Below, piece by piece: positions 62,412 to 64,000 of a stretch of 64,000 nt of DNA. How positions within the stretch are numbered: the first letter of the stretch is position 1; each line of letters begins with the position of its first letter. Origin of the DNA: an uncultured Fibrobacterota bacterium (GTDB lineage Bacteria > Fibrobacterota > Chitinivibrionia > Chitinivibrionales > FEN-1185); contig CAVSQB010000015.1 of NCBI GenBank assembly GCA_963729895.1, forward strand, positions 17,096 through 81,095. The letters are read 5' to 3'. The position numbers and the translations under genes were made by a program. Under the pieces are notes generated by a model that made no database searches, had not been told where the DNA came from, and saw only the letters and a list, made by a program, of their open reading frames with translations.

Positions 62412-62960
62412 GTAAAAGACCGCCGACAGGAGTCGGCGGCATTATTCCAGGCCAAGATCCAGCTGGATAGCGCCACAATCTTCACGTCCTTGGTGTTCAA
62501 CGTAGCTTATGATCGTTCTCTCGTCAAGTCCTATGGTTGAAACACAGTACCCGCGCGACCAGATTCCGCCGCCGCGTATCGCCTTCCCTATGCTTGGAAA
62601 TCGCTCCGGCAGTAATTTCCCCGTCCGCGATTTCACGAACTGCACTACGCTTGCGACAGATATCCGCGGCGGAATCATTACCACCATGTGTACATGGTCC
62701 AGCTGGACATTGGCCCGGATTACCTCGATATCGTCGTCCATCCCATCAAGATGCTTCAGTACCTTTTCCAAATATTCTTTCACCCCTGTCACGAATATCC
62801 GACGACGATATCGAGGAGTCAAGACGATGTGGTATTCTGTTCTGTATACGCAATGGGTGCCCTTCCGAAATCTCATTTACTCAAAATACGTTGTTGTCCA
62901 CATCGTCTTGACAGCCCATCCATCCCCAGACTGGAGTCTGGGGGTTTATTGGGCAGACTC
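62412..62960 (-). mobile_element. IS200-like element (tnpA only); ends approximate
   Basis: Subterminal hairpins CCGCCGAC-AGGA-GTCGGCGG (62420-62439) and CCCCAGAC-TGGA-GTCTGGGG (62924-62943). Confidence 0.8.
62442..62876 (-). CDS. tnpA: IS200/IS605 Y1 HUH transposase
   Basis: YHIVLTPRYRR, DHVHM, WSRGY and YVEHQ motifs. Confidence 0.93.
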   Translation of the reverse strand: MRFRKGTHCVYRTEYHIVLTPRYRRRIFVTGVKEYLEKVLKHLDGMDDDIEVIRANVQLDHVHMVVMIPPRISVASVVQFVKSRTGKLLPERFPSIGKAIRGGGIWSRGYCVSTIGLDERTIISYVEHQGREDCGAIQLDLGLE

Positions 62961-62971
62961 AAGGAGATTCA

Positions 62972-63751
62972 ATGAAAAAGGCATTGGCGACGTTATTGTT
63001 GTTCGTTATCTCACTGTCGGCGCACGGCAAAATGATCACCACGGAATACTCCTACAAACTTGACACAACGACATTCAAAGGTTTCCTCGCCTATGATGAC
63101 GCGGTAACGGGAAAACGGCCCGGAGTGCTGGTGGTGCACGAATGGTGGGGACTTAACGATTTTGCCAGGGAGCAGGCAAAGAAGGTGGCGGCACTCGGAT
63201 ACATTGCATTGGCCGTTGACATGTATGGAAACGGCAGGAACACCACCGACCCCAGGGAAGCCGCCTCGCTTGCAGGCGCCCTGCGGGGAACGCCGGCGAT
63301 GCGTGCACGTATGGCCGCCGGGCTTAACGCCCTCATTGGCATCGAACACGTGGACCCGTCCCGCATTGCCGCAATCGGCTTCTGCTTTGGCGGAACAGCG
63401 GTGTTGGGCCTTGCCTATGGCGGAGCAGACGTGCGGGGAGTTGTGACGTTTCACGGCGGACTGTTCTCTCCCAAAAAAGAGGATCTTGCCGGAATCAAAG
63501 CCAAGTTCCTTTTCCTTCACGGCGCCGAAGACCCTACGGTTTCTCCCGACACGATCCGCCACATGGAGGAGGAGCTCACCAAGGCCAGCGCAGATTGGCA
63601 GACGGTATTGTTTTCGAATACCGTCCACAGCTTTACAAACCCTTCCTCGGGCAGCAACAAAAGCAAAGGCGTGGCCTACAATCCGCTTTCGGCGCAACGC
63701 GCCTGGAAGAACATGGAACTATTTCTAAAAGAGCTCTTTTCGCCCTCATAG
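62972..63751 (+). CDS. Dienelactone hydrolase family protein, exported
   Basis: HEWWGL, GFCFGG, HGAEDP and HSFT motifs. Confidence 0.92.
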   Translation: MKKALATLLLFVISLSAHGKMITTEYSYKLDTTTFKGFLAYDDAVTGKRPGVLVVHEWWGLNDFAREQAKKVAALGYIALAVDMYGNGRNTTDPREAASLAGALRGTPAMRARMAAGLNALIGIEHVDPSRIAAIGFCFGGTAVLGLAYGGADVRGVVTFHGGLFSPKKEDLAGIKAKFLFLHGAEDPTVSPDTIRHMEEELTKASADWQTVLFSNTVHSFTNPSSGSNKSKGVAYNPLSAQRAWKNMELFLKELFSPS

Positions 63752-63852
63752 GAAGCGGCTCGACCTAATGTCACATAGTGGTGATTGTCGCCGAATCATG
63801 CAAAAGGTATCGGGCGACTATACCGTGCAACGCTCTCACACTGGAGGAAACA

Positions 63853-64000
63853 ATGAAGGCAATCCTTATTTCTCAAACCGGCGACCCTGCCGTGCTTCAA
63901 TTGACAGAATCAGATACGCGGCCTTCGCCGGGGCCCGGTCAGGTCCTGATGAAAATCCATGCCGCAGGCGTCAATTTTGTCGACGTGTACCATCGCCGGG
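63853..64000 (+). CDS. Quinone oxidoreductase (MDR family), 3'-truncated by window edge
   Basis: MKAILISQTGDPAVL..PGPGQVLMKIHAAGVNFVD; RBS GGAGG. Confidence 0.85.
   Translation, partial: MKAILISQTGDPAVLQLTESDTRPSPGPGQVLMKIHAAGVNFVDVYHRR

Overview
GC-rich bacterial chromosomal window. The host is Gram-negative (TolC, outer-membrane beta-barrel). Many secreted CAZymes share a T9SS/FlgD-like C-terminal domain, which suggests a Fibrobacterota/Chitinivibrionia-like host (inference only). Main contents: (1) core genes rpe, an S41 peptidase, a hybrid histidine kinase, a DUF3516 helicase and tRNA-Ser(CGA); (2) a metal-uptake operon (OM receptor, SBP, S9 peptidase, ABC ATPase, permease, CxxC protein) headed by a His/CxxC/RAPP leader ORF and divergent from mntH-USP; (3) a 16.6-kb island in tRNA-Ser, bounded by a 20-bp direct repeat, carrying only secreted carbohydrate-active genes and no intact integrase; (4) six IS elements, four with readable target duplications and two interrupting genes; (5) several pseudogenes; (6) two copies of a structured intergenic repeat with compensatory base changes. 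Products were assigned by motif recognition only; no database searches were run.
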